A stretch of DNA of 64,000 bases from Oikopleura dioica (GCA_907165135.1 OU015567.1:15686001-15750000); one strand, 5' to 3'; positions 12,233 to 24,719 are shown, counted from the stretch's first letter. The notes: a model not told the origin generated them from the sequence alone. Program-made: numbers and translations.

Positions 12233-12352
12233 TCAGTAAAAAAATGACTCAAATCTTTGTTTTAGTATTTTAAAGCCAGTTATAAACGAAAAGGAAGACC
12301 ACGTCCATTTTTCCCAATTTTGGTTGGTTGGGGATAAAGACGGAAAAACGTA

Positions 12353-12564
12353 CAGTAAAAACCGCTGGTCTGGGACACCCCTAGTCCACCCACGTGTCCC
12401 AAACTAGAAGTATTTTCACTTTTGCTCTCGCGCGCCACTTTTGCTTTCGGGGTAAAGCGGTAAGTTTAAAAACACCCCGTGGGCGCGTGCCTTTGATCGT
12501 TAATTCGCCCGGGTGTCCCAAACCAGAAGGATTTTTAGGTGTCCCAAACCAGCGGTTTTCACTG
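12353..12564. mobile_element. Tc1/mariner(pogo)-like MITE
   Basis: TA-flanked TIRs CAGTAAAAACCGCTGGTCTGGGACACC / GGTGTCCCAAACCAGCGGTTTTCACTG. Confidence 0.75.
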
Positions 12565-12718
12565 TAGCTAGGCCGCGTTTTCAAAATAACCAAGATCGTG
12601 CCAGGATAAGCCGAGGGAAGGAGTTTTTGGCGGATTATTACCGTCAAGGTGAAAACACGCAGCTGGAAAAATTTTGAGTTTTTGTAAGTTTATTTGAAAT
12701 AAGAAATTTACATGATGA

Positions 12719-13690
12719 TTATTTTCGTATTCTTATATTCCAGCGGACAAAAGACGAATCTCCTTTGTGTTTGACCATTCCGGTTGAATCTGGCGTCAAC
12801 TTTTTCGCCGAGTTGTAGCTCTTCCCATCATACAAGTCAATATCGTCCGCGTCGGCTTGAAAGTCGACGCGTTTTCTTAAAATAAAACTCTCAAATTCAA
12901 AAATCAATACCGTTGAAAGTAAGCCACAGTTTCCAGAATTGCCCGTCGCCGCCGTAGCTTTTGTCGCTTGATTGATGTCGTATTGTCCAGCCAGCTTCCG
13001 TCACTTCTAAATTTTTGAATTGATTAAATTTTATTCTGGATGAAAATCGCGTCCAAACAAAAATCAAAAAATAAAAATGCGATTTTATCCAATTCCTTCA
13101 AATTGAAATTATTTCCCAAGCCAGCTGCCATTGTTTTCAGAACTCGTCGCACTGCTGCTTCTTTGTGGCTGGATCGTTTATCGGGCAAGTCCTTGAAAAA
13201 CCAAGTCCATTGATTTCAGGATTTTCCCCAAAAGAAGAACGAAGATTTTCCATCTCAGCAGTCTTTTTCTTGTTTTCCTTTGAGTCAGTTTCAAGTTTTC
13301 CTACGTACAGGTTTTGGTGTTTTTTCTTCTTCTCTTCTTGTTTCGAAATTCCTTCAGTCGTTTTTGTTATTCTTTCAGTATTATTGTTATGTTTTTCTCT
13401 GAGCTGCTTGAGATCTGCGATTTCTTCTTTCATCTCTTTTAAAAAGCACTCGGTCGTTTTTCGGACATCTTCGATCTGAATATCACGCTCCTGATTCGCC
13501 AATTCTGTGGTTTCTTTGAACATCTCAAGATCAGCGACTCTTTTTCCAATTTTCTATTTTTCTTTTTCAACTCGTTTCTTTCTTGCTGCAGATCGAACGC
13601 AAGAAGTCGAAAGGTCTCATTGTCTTTTTCAAGCTGATCTATTCTCTTAAGAATCGGCTGGATCACAGAATTATTGATTTGGGAACTCAT
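12719..13690 (-). pseudogene. Paralog 4: coiled coil + same C-terminal module, no kinase domain visible; probably pseudogenised
   Basis: Coiled-coil ORFs 13439-13690 and 13137-13523 are followed by RSSHKEAAVRRVLKTMAAG..YGGDGQFWKLWLTFNG..KRVDFQADADDI..VRWNIRIRK*. Single-base frameshifts in homopolymers at ~13543 and ~13198. Both module splice acceptors read AA instead of AG. No HRD/DFN motifs seen upstream; further 5' exons may lie at 13690-14020. Confidence 0.75.
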
Positions 13691-15351
13691 TGCTGCATCG
13701 GTTGTTCCTTCGTTTTTGTAATCTCCAACGGTGCTTTAAAAGGGTCACCGTCTTATATCTTAACCCGTTGCCAAGTGCATCCCCGATGGTACAATCTAAC
13801 CTGAGGCTCGAAATTCAGCATTACTATTGGCGTTTTCATTGTATAAATTATACTGTATAATTTATACACCTTCCGCTCGGCAACGTCTTAATCTTGGTAC
13901 ACTCTTATCAATTCCGAAATTCTGATGGGACATCTCTTGTAGCTTTTTTATTAAGAAGTATTAATTTGGCGGAGACCCAATCTAAAAGAAATAACGGATC
14001 GATTATCTTCGTTTGACATTTTGAAAAATATTAGCGAGTTTGGCTGTTCTCTAGCTTTTGTGAGAGGCTAATAAAATAATGCCAAATATTATGGCCAACG
14101 AATGAGTTGGCTATAAAATTAACGTGAAACTCCATCTGTAGAAAACTACAAGAAACTTACAAGACCAAAAACACAGCTTCAAATTTACCAACAAAGCTCA
14201 AAATCGCCAGCTGATGAATTTGATCGTTTCCCCACCCAAAAGCGCCAGAGCCAATTTCGCGAAAGCGCTGGCTTCTTTGTTTCTAGCGCTGTTTTCCAGT
14301 GTTGTGCACTCTCCAAGACACCTGACCTGTTTTGACCTGCTGTTGTGCGTTAGAGAGACTTGCTCGCTTTAGAAGCTGTTTTGAACAAAAGAAAAAAGTT
14401 TGTGAAACTTTTAGTTACTGATGATGATCCTTTGATCGAAAAGCTTCTAATAAATATACATAAGTACAAAAGAAAAAAGGCTTTTTTGAAAACGCTTCTT
14501 TTTTAGTTTATTTTGAACAGTTTTTTTGACAGTCAGATTTTTTGTTTTGTTTTGTTTTGAAGTTTTGTTTGTTTGTTTTTTTTCGTTTGAGAGAGGAATA
14601 ACAGTATTTACAGTCGCTGCTGGCTATTTTCGTCGCTTTTAAAAAGAGTTCCTTTAGTGGATCGAAAATTATAAAATTAGAAAGTTTAGTTGTCTGACAA
14701 AGTCGATGAAAATCGCCGGCTAAGTCAAAAATCAACGGCTGTAAAATTGTTTATCGTTCCGAAGCGCCTTCTAACCACCTCAATGCATGATAAAACGCTT
14801 AACTGCTCCCACCCCAAAAATATCAGCAAGCGTTTTTGCTCGCAAAAGAGCCCAGGGAATTAGGCTATCGCACGATGAAAAACGGGGCTTTTTCATAACA
14901 GCGTTTTTTAGAAAAATTCGATAATAGAAGGGAAAGTTTACCTTGTTTAAAAATATCAGCTACAAAATTTGCGAAGGAGGCGAATCGACAGCTGATTGGC
15001 TTTTTCCAAATCAGCTCACTCAGCCAGCTCAGCTCACTCAGCTCAGCAAATTTGCAACTCTGCTTTTATGGTCTACAGGTGGCGCACTCTATTTATTCAG
15101 CCAATCAGAAGAGAACTAGCCACCAGCGCATTTTTATTGGCTAACTCTCTTCTGATTGGCTTGATATATGAATTGCGCCCTCTGGTGGCCATTATTGTTT
15201 AGTTTGGGAAACGAGCCAATCAGTTGTCGATTAGCCGCCTACGTAAATCTTGTCGCAGAAATTTTAGATACAGTAGAAGATACCCTTAATTATCGATAAT
15301 TATTTTAAGATAAGTTTCGAAAAATGTTTTCAGGCCAAAAATCACTTTTTA

Positions 15352-16161
15352 ACTGTTAGTGCCATCTTCACCGCCGTCTCAAACCGAGTCGAACGGTAAA
15401 CAGCCGGAGTCCAAAATAAGGGACACCAAGATAAGGGACTTTTGGCTCGAAACGCCGAAAATCTGCGCCCTGTTTTGTATGTTTCTAATGTTAAATTGAA
15501 CCAATTTAAGGGACTTTTTCGAAAATTCGGGACCGAAAAAGTCCCTTATTTTGGACTCCGGCTGTATGTATCTCTTGAAAATTCTAGAGTTTCGGGTACT
15601 TCCGGTCAAATTTACGAAATTCTAGTTTTCCACTGCCGTTTTTGATACAGAAATGGTACTATGGCATATAGCATATCAAAATGACCGCTAGGACGTGAGG
15701 AGTGCAGGGGTCTCAAAAAATAAGTACTTTTGCAAAGAAAAGTACCTAAAAATAATTATTTTGTGATTTTTAAGCACTAAAAATATCAAATTTCAAGAAA
15801 TTTTCGATTTAAATATAGTTTTCTTTGTAGATTTATTTATAAGAGATAAAACTTGATTATCCATCTGCTTTCTGCCCGAAAAAATCATTATTGATATTTT
15901 AAGTGCTAAAAATCACAAAATAATTATTTTTAGGTACTTTTCTTTGCAAAAGTACTTATTTTTTGAGACCCCTGCACTCCTCACGTCCTAGCGGTCATTT
16001 TGATATGCTATATGCCATAGTACCATTTCTGTATCAAAAACGGCAGTGGAAAACTAGAATTTCGTAAATTTGACCGGAAGTACCCGAAACTCTAGAATTT
16101 TCAAGAGATACATATACCGTTCGACTCGGTTTGAGACGGCGGTGAAGATGGCACTAACAGT
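15352..16161. mobile_element. Long near-perfect foldback element nested inside older inverted repeats (outer arms ~15305-15350 / ~16490-16533)
   Basis: Arms ACTGTTAGTGCCATCTTCACCGCCGTCTCAAACC... and its reverse complement. About 220 bp of further arm at 15566-15790 pairs with 15890-16113. Confidence 0.8.
15401..15565. mobile_element. Tc1/mariner-like MITE nested in the left arm of the foldback
   Basis: TIR CAGCCGGAGTCCAAAATAAGGGAC / GTCCCTTATTTTGGACTCCGGCTG; absent from the right arm. A second, partial copy starts at ~56997. Confidence 0.75.
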
Positions 16162-17264
16162 TACCGTCAACAATTTTCGAAAAATTTATTTTCCGAATTT
16201 TAAAATTTTGACCCCGGAAATGGATTCTACGGGCCAAAAAACGATTTTGAGGCTTCATTTTTGGGGGTCTATCTCGACTCTAACACCCCGAAAATCGCGT
16301 TTGAAAATTAGCTTTTTCGCCGAAAATGACGAAAATGACCTAATTTTGCTAAAATTTAAGATTTTTATTGGTCAAAAAGCGCCCGAACAAGTTTTTATGA
16401 TGGATGAAACTTCCAGGCATACCTAGAAGCCAAAATATGGCTGTTTTGAAATTTTCGATTTTTCGAAGGAAATTGTTGACGGGGGTCCTTAAAAGTGATT
16501 TTTGGCCTGAAAACATTTTTCGAAACTTATCTAAAGGATAAAAATGATTCGGAATCTCTATTTGTTAAATTTTGATCTAAAAAAGTAACTCTTTTAAAAT
16601 TTCTATATACAGTTGTTGACATTTTTCTCCACAGCAGCATTCGACCCTCTCAAAGTCTCGTTATTACACAAATCTTTGTTTAGGTTCTCTTTCGCTCTTT
16701 CTCTCTCCTGATTTTTTGAAAGAAACCGGCTAAGACGCAAACAGGAGTAATGCACTGACCCCGGTGAGAAAGAAACGCAAAACCACTCTCTGCTCGTTTT
16801 TGTAAGTCGCGGATTAAAACAGCAGGATTAAAGACAAAACTCAACGTGACTCACTTTCTAAGTTTTACTGTAATCGTCATGTTTTCTTTTGTTGAGAAAA
16901 TAAGAGAGAGAACCTGGCCTGACTGTTGAAGCGTTTTTTTGTTGTTGATGAACTTTTTGAAACAATGCTTTTCTTGAGCTCTGGATTATTTAAAAAAAGA
17001 GAAAATTGCGTTTGGGTCGGTGCTTGATGTAAAAACCTGAGTCAGGCTACCCCAGAAAGCTGACTCAGGTTTTCGGTCAGGTTCTCAGCCCACCGTTGGT
17101 TTTCTTGTTCAACCAGATCATAATATCGAGTTTGCCGTATTTTCCAGAAGATGGCGCTGTTTGATCGACCAATCAGAAGAAAGGAAAATCAAACAGCGCC
17201 ATTTTCAAAAAAATAGCTCGAAACAATAAAAAACATGGAAAAATGATTACTTTTCGTGTATTAA

Positions 17265-17946
17265 GGGTAGGGTCCCCGTACAGGCCCAAAGCAGCGAGAC
17301 TCTCTTCCGAACCTATCAATGCTAAGAAGGCGTGTAATGGCTCAAATGAAAGTTCAATCTTAGATCTTCTGATTAACACGAGCTTTTTTCGAAATTCCAA
17401 GAGAAAAGTCATGTGCGGTTCGCTCAAAGTTGTCGTCTCAGCGAAAAATCGCGAAAATAGCCAATATTCAGGGCGACTCTCCTCCAAAGTGAGCAATGAA
17501 AACCCACTCGATTCTTTTGTAGGGTAAAGTTTGGACCCTAATCTTGAAAATGACACGAGCTTTTTTCAATTGGTCAAAATTTTCTATGTTAAAAATTTTA
17601 AAGTACGAAGGTACCCATTTTCTGTCCCTTTGACTCCGTGAATTGCCTTGCGGGCATAGCCCAAAAGGCGCCGTTCTCATCGCATATAGATGTCCTGAAC
17701 GTAGGCTTTCCAAAAAGGTATCATATGACACCCTAACATAACGACCAAAAATTGTAAAAATTTTAAAATTTCCGCCTTTTAGCCAAAATGCACTAATTTT
17801 CGCCATTTTGAATTGCAATTTATGCGAAAATGGGTTGAGATAGAGATAATTCTCATAAGGAGTTTTTTGCTCAGAATTTCATAGAGATTCAGAAAAAGTG
17901 GTCAAAACCCGATTCTGAGACTTGACCCTGTACGGGGACCCTACCC
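17265..17946. mobile_element. Kolobok-like non-autonomous DNA transposon
   Basis: TTAA TSD at 17261-17264 and 17947-17950; TIR GGGTAGGGTCCCCGTACAGG / CCTGTACGGGGACCCTACCC. Purine-purine termini with a TTAA TSD are typical of Kolobok. Confidence 0.75.
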
Positions 17947-18447
17947 TTAAAGTCGCGCGCGGCTACTTTTTCAAAAGTTAAATTAAGGGACTCCCACCCT
18001 TAAAAATTACGGTAAAAATTCTTTGAAAATCCATTTATTTCATAATTAACTGATAAAATTTCTTGCTCTCATTTTTTAGAAAGCAATTATTGATGGGAGG
18101 CCCTTAATAATCTCCAGTAAGTAAGATGTATCTGTTATTTCCTCCGTATAACTCTCAGATCTCGATTGCGTCCTGAATTTCTCGCGCAAATTCTGAAAGA
18201 TGCGAACACGAATCTTTGAATTTCCGAATTTGTCAAAATTCAGCTTACGTGACACAGACAGTCCACTTTTTTCAAGTCCGCTCTTTTTTGAAAAGCGAAA
18301 AATCGATGAAAAAATATTCCAGAGCTTTCCTGTTCAGATGTCTTTATGCAGCGAGGGGAAGCTACACCCAGTGCTCGGCGTGACGCAGCAGCGGGAAAAT
18401 TGTCGGCAACGTTGGGTAACTGATTCCTAGAAACGACGATTACTTAA

Positions 18448-18841
18448 TATGGTGGTTTTATACTGAAAGTAATTGGAACACGGGAATCAATCTCGAATGT
18501 GTTTATTTACCCTGATAGGTGTGAGCAGAAAATAATAAAATATATATATTATATTTTATGTTATACCTGTGAAGTCAGGGAAAAGAATGATAAAATTATA
18601 GGGGTACAGTCGTTTTTATAGTGTAGGACACCACCCATCGGTGGCACGGACTTAGACTTGGTCGTATGAACTCGGCGTTGGCCATATCGCCAACGCTGGA
18701 AAAGAGAGGGGCGAGCTGTCAAGGTATGATGGAGTGAAAGCCTTGGCGTTGAGCGCGTCACGGCTCACTGAGCATAATTACGTTGACCACGCGCGCTAGA
18801 ATTCCATATTTCGGAGCGAAAACAGTAGGAAAACCACTACA
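18448..18841 (-). repeat. 3' LTR
   Basis: Identical to 22248-22641; preceded by the PPT on the minus strand. Confidence 0.92.
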
Positions 18842-21800
18842 TATTTTCCCCTTTTTATTTTTGAAGCGAAGCGTCCGTTGAGCGTAGAAATTTTTACTGT
18901 TCTTCAATTAAGTCCCAAACATTTTCTGGTAGAGAATTGTGCTGGATGGAGTTTTCGACTTGTAGAGATTCCGAATGTGAAGTTTCTGCATGATCGATTC
19001 GGTAAGTCGAGTAATTGTGAGCAAGATCATCTGTGAAAATTTTGATGTGAGTCCTCGCATATTCGAGCTGGTCGGAAAACGATTTTGAATCGGCTTCTAG
19101 AAATTTGAAAGCGATCCTTGAGGTGTAATATCGTTTTTCATAGATTGTTTGAAATTTTTTTCACCAATTCGATGCGAGTGTTTTTATCGACCAAAAGCTG
19201 ATAGAGAATTGCTGTCTCACTTATCCAGTTGAGCAAACTGTCATGATTTTCAAAAAGCAATTCCTGGAGGTGGTTGATATCAAAGTGAAAGTGATCTTTA
19301 AGGGACTTAGCTTCGTTTTTCAATTCTTGCAAAAAGTCGAGCAGCGATTGCAAGTGTCTTTTGAAATTGAATTCGGTAAGAAGTGAATTGGAATAGTGAT
19401 ATCAAAGAGAGCAGGAATGATAAAGCGTTGAATGAGTCGCTTTGGAGGAGCGTTGTTGAGCAGGAAGAAATCATTTTGAAGAAAGGTCATTTTCGCGTTT
19501 TTCTCTTCTAAAAATGAGTATTGAACCAACCAGTACTCCTTTCAGAACCATATTTTTTGAGGCTAAAATGCGCCATCGAGTGTATCTTCCGGACGTTGTG
19601 AAGTCATTCCGATGTCTTTTCTTGTGATTTTTCGTGACCAGTGAGGAGTAGTCAAAGTCGTGAGTTGGGCCTTTCGTGATGGATATTTTTCTGTCTACTT
19701 CTTTTCCCCTTTTTATTTTTGGGCGAATGATCTTCACGAGCAGGGGATCGTTAATGAGCGCCACTGTGATTCGAGCGGTTATCTGTGTTATGAGAACATA
19801 AATCCACAGAGGCCTGCATGAAAACTTCGTAATAACGATCTGGTTGAGCATTACCAGTAAGCTGGATTCCCATTTGAGCTTGATCGGGGAAGTTAAATTT
19901 TTCTTATGAGCCAATTTCTAGTTGTGCATTGAATCGCCGAAGTTGTGAGGAACCAATTAACCAATTGACATCGATGTCGTGTGAGCAGGGCTTTAGACTA
20001 CAGAGAGAGCGAGCAATCCAGTTATGAGTAAACGGTGGCTAGATAATGGGAACGCATATCTGAGCACCACCACGTCGTGAATCTGACGATTTGTGAGCGA
20101 GATAGTCGAGCAGCTATCTGTGAATCAGGTCGAGTTATGAGCAAAACTTCTAGACCATTAAAGGATTAGTCGAGCAGCTAATCACAGGACAACACTATCG
20201 TCGTGAGCGGAGACGATCTTTCCAAACGTTGTCGTGAGCTGAGTCATCTCTATCATTTGGCTTTTTATGATCTTTATGACTCGTTAACTTCTTTTCATTC
20301 TTCTGAGCAGGAATGATCTCATCTCTATCAACAAGGAGCGGTTGATCTTTATGAGAATTAATTTCAGACTTGTTCTTAACTTCGTCTTTTAGGACTTTCC
20401 CTTGTGATTCGGCCACGTCATCTTCCTTGATAATTTCTGTTCTGTTTAAGGCAGTCTTTCGTTTGAGCGGTCGAATCAGACTGATATGACGCCGATATTT
20501 TTCTTCGTAATTGGATATTTGATTGCAATCAGTTTGTGCATAATCGACAAGATATATAAAGACTTTTTCTAAGGGTTATTGAGCGAATATTATGTCCTTA
20601 TGAGCGAGCGACGAAGTTCTTTGAGCGGTAATATCAGATGCATATATCTCACGAGCAGGAGATTGTTCTGATTCCTTTTCATGATTGACGAAAAACCTTC
20701 TGAGCAGTTGCACTGGCTAATGATTTCTAGCGTGAGCAATGTGCAAGTTTCGTTTTCAATCGTCAACGTGCGATTATTGGAGAACAAGTTGATCACGAGA
20801 AAAGAGAGCTTGTGATATTTGAGTTAAAAGCTTCTCGTGAGTAGACAGGCATTGCGAGCAGTAGCCATAATTTGGATGTCCAGTTTTTTTTTAGCTTCTC
20901 AGAGCAGAGAAGGAATTCTTTGTGATCCATCTTTTTAACGAATTCTTATTAATAAGCCTTAATTTTGGAGCGATTTATCCAATATTCGTGAAGACATTTT
21001 ATCGAGCAAATAATCATTTCCACATAACTCGTTGTTATTATTGTTTTCTTCACCAGAGTCATTATAATATATCTCTTTTTTTTAACGTCTGATGAGTTGG
21101 GATCGTTAACAAGTATGGCTTCATTTCGGAGATTGAGCGAATTATCTCCGACTGTTATATTAGAGCGGGTCCATACCAACCATTATTGGACATGTGACTT
21201 TCTGAACGACGAGCAGGTTCAGCTTGACTTTGGTGATGAAGATAAAAGTGTGGCCTCAATGAGTGAGTCGAGCGTTCTCACAATTAAAAATTTGCACACT
21301 TTTGTGGCACATTTGACGGTTCTTGATGAAAGGTGCAAATAGAAGAGCGGAAACATCTGAGCGGATGCTTGTTCTACTGCAACCAAAATTGATGAGCAGC
21401 ATATTGGAGTCCATTAAGCAAGATATTTAAAACCAAATTTGTATTGCGCTCGTGATGAAATTTCCGTCATTTTTCTCATCATAAATTTTTTCGTCATTCG
21501 TTAATTTTTCGTCTCATAATTTTTGATATCTTTTTTTATATCATTAGATGCAATAAAGACGATTTTTCGAGCTTCGAGCAGAGCTGTGAATGTTTTGAGT
21601 TTGATTGATCATCAGCGGCGATAATATTCTGTTTTTCAGGATAGATCATTCTGTAGCACGCTGAGCAATATTTCGAAGATTGAGTAATAATTTTTCCCGT
21701 TTGAGCAGTTCCAAGAGCCAAGGTTGAGCTGTTACGAACCGTACACGAATTTCGCCATCTCTTTGGAATGAATAAGTATATTCAAATCTTAACTTTTCCC

Positions 21801-22247
21801 AGAAGGGTTATTACAATGAGGGAACTTTGATTTTCTTTTGTCAGGATTCGAAACATGACGACCTTGATGATTTCTTCTTAGATGAGCGATCATTTGATTG
21901 GTAATTTTCATGAAGTACACTTTGATTTTAAGTTGTCGTTTTCATGGATTTGATCATCAGTTTGATTTCCGGTTGAGGTCGGGGATTTTTGAAAGCAATG
22001 AGATTCCGTTTTTTCGAATTAAAAAAAATATCAACTTTTTCCGGAAGTAAAACTTTTTATCATATTTATCGAGAAAATCGGGTAAAATTGCCTAAGGATT
22101 CAAAACAATGCCCATTTTATCGAATAAATAAAGATATATAAGTATATATTCGCGGATCGTCATTGATAATTTCACGGGAAATTTATCTCTAGTTTCTCTT
22201 TTATATCTCTCTTGTTGGGCGTACCGATTATTTCAGTCACCAAAATA

Positions 22248-22641
22248 TATGGTGGTTTTATACTGAAAGTAATTGGAACACGGGAATCAATCTCGAATGT
22301 GTTTATTTACCCTGATAGGTGTGAGCAGAAAATAATAAAATATATATATTATATTTTATGTTATACCTGTGAAGTCAGGGAAAAGAATGATAAAATTATA
22401 GGGGTACAGTCGTTTTTATAGTGTAGGACACCACCCATCGGTGGCACGGACTTAGACTTGGTCGTATGAACTCGGCGTTGGCCATATCGCCAACGCTGGA
22501 AAAGAGAGGGGCGAGCTGTCAAGGTATGATGGAGTGAAAGCCTTGGCGTTGAGCGCGTCACGGCTCACTGAGCATAATTACGTTGACCACGCGCGCTAGA
22601 ATTCCATATTTCGGAGCGAAAACAGTAGGAAAACCACTACA
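22248..22641 (-). repeat. 5' LTR
   Basis: Starts TGTAGTGG and ends CCACCATA on the minus strand; followed by the PBS. Confidence 0.92.
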
Positions 22642-24719
22642 TTAAGGGTATCCATGGCATTAGGAAGTAAAATCAAAACTGTGACTGGCCAATAATTTTT
22701 AAGTGAAGACCCTTAATTAAGCCAAATTCAAATCAGCAACTCGGATTTTCTTTTAAATTTCTTTCAAAGTTATTATAGTGACACCCTTATTTCATTCCCC
22801 AAATCATAGTTGAAACAAACTCATAATTCAAATAAAACATCTTTCTCAAATTTAAGCGGGAAAAATAAAGGTGTCACTCAGTTTAACAAAGCTTGAAGAA
22901 AAATCTATAATATGAAGGGTATCCCCTTAGAGGGTAACCTCAGATTATGTATTTTCCCTCTAACTTTGACCCTTACTTATCCCCTTATTTGATTCGCTGT
23001 TTTTTTTTTCAGTAGCTCAAATAAATTACTCTTTCGTTGAACCTCGTTGAAATATAAAATATCAAAAATTGCTCAACTGCGTTTCATCTCTTTATTTGAT
23101 AAGTGATGAGTTTAGCGATGAAATTTATCGAATTTGCTCGCAGCCGGGCGCATTTCTCACAGCCCTGAAATTTGCGTTTTCGTTAGAGGGTTCTTCTAGC
23201 GCATTAAAATTTAGCTTTTTGCCGGCTTGTGAAAATAGCGATTTATCTTTTGAACTCTTCTTCGAAAGTTTGCACTTTTTAGATTTTCGTAATCTAATTT
23301 TTGGCTTTATAAAATCGGGGTTAAGATCTTTTCGATACCTTTTCTTAGAATCAGGGTTCGAAAACCTGTGTAAAAACCTGAGTCAGGGTCCGAGAAGAGC
23401 TTGTTTTCCGTCAGCACCCTGACTCAGGTTTTAGCACACATTTAAGAGCCCATATTCTAGCTTCTTACAGGTTCGAACCGTTCGACAGCTTATGTGAAAA
23501 CCTGAGTCAGGCCTTCATAAAAATCGTATGAATCCTGACTCAGGTTTCTACACAGGTTGTCGAGCCTCTAAGAAGCTAGAACCTGAAATCTAAAATCTGT
23601 GCTCAAAACCTGAGTCAGGGTGCTTTCAAAGCTGCGAAACTTCAATAAGGACCCTTACTCAGGTTTTGTACACAGGGTGCCGAACTCAGCAAAAACAGTA
23701 CTGCTTTAGAAAAAGGACTTTCCTTCACGAAGCAGAAAAACCGCAGTGTTCGACCGCGAAATCAGCAAAAAGTTCACCGCTCTCAAATTTTCCTTAACAA
23801 AAATATTTTTCTAAAAACTGGCGAATTCCGATCGGAAACATGGCTTTTTCCATTTTTCCGCTGGATTTTTTGTTTTTGTTAATTTTTAGAATTTGGTTGA
23901 ACCGCACGTTTAGTTTCAAACCGAGCTGAAATTTTGGAGAGGCCGAAAATTGGAATTGGCAAAACAGAAAAAGTGGGGAGTTAGTATTTTCGCGGCGGGA
24001 TTTGTTATAAGAACAGGATTTAGAAAATCGACGGTTACTGTTTTTGCTTGTTTCCAGAATGTTATTTTTCCTCGCAGATCAATCTATCGTCGTGACACCC
24101 TTATTTCTCCGAAAAAAGATGAGAGTATTTGTGTTTCTTTTATTTGGAGAAATCAGGGTGTCACTCTGGAAACAAGCAAGTAAATCGCACGCAATAACTT
24201 TAAACTGATTCTCGGTGCATAGTCTTTTGACACCCTTATTCACTTCAAGGTGACCGAAGACAGGATAAATAAGGGTGTCAATATGCTATCCCTATCGAAA
24301 AAACCCTAGATTTTCAGTTTGATAACTTAAATTTTGATTTTTCCGTGTGACAACATTATTTTCTCTGCTAAAAAACTATTTAAGAAAAAAAAATAAGGGT
24401 ATCACTTCACTAGTCAGTCTTTAGAAGCTTTTGTAGAAAAATATCATTTATTTCCGAAGACTGGCTAACGAAGTGATACCCTTATTTTTTCCATTTAAAA
24501 GTGTTCCATTGAAAATAAAGTGGAAAAAATAAGGGTGTCACAAGGAAAAATCTAAAGGGCTGATAACTGAATGAAAGATAAATTTCGAGTTAAGTAAAAA
24601 ATGAGATCATTCAAAAACCACGTAATCAAGCCCTTTAGGTTCTTTCCCGCTCGTCAAATTTTAGTAAGTCGCAGTTGAAATTCAACCCCCGAAATACGTA
24701 AAAGCCAAAATTCGTTACC

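Larger units (their letters stand above)
18448..22641 (-). mobile_element. Non-autonomous Ty3/gypsy (Tor-like) LTR retrotransposon
   Basis: Two 394-bp LTRs (18448-18841, 22248-22641), identical by eye at an offset of 3800. TTAA TSD. PBS TGGTGAC 5 nt inside the 5' LTR and polypurine tract AAAAATAAAAAGGGGAAAATA next to the 3' LTR. Integrase GPY/F-type remnant IYLVDY..KYRRHISLIRPL..RLRSRR* (~20195-20570). No intact RT. Confidence 0.92.

Noticed and set aside
18561-18761. 66-aa ORF duplicated at 22361-22561
   Set aside because: It lies inside the two identical LTRs, has no ATG start and shows no recognisable domain.
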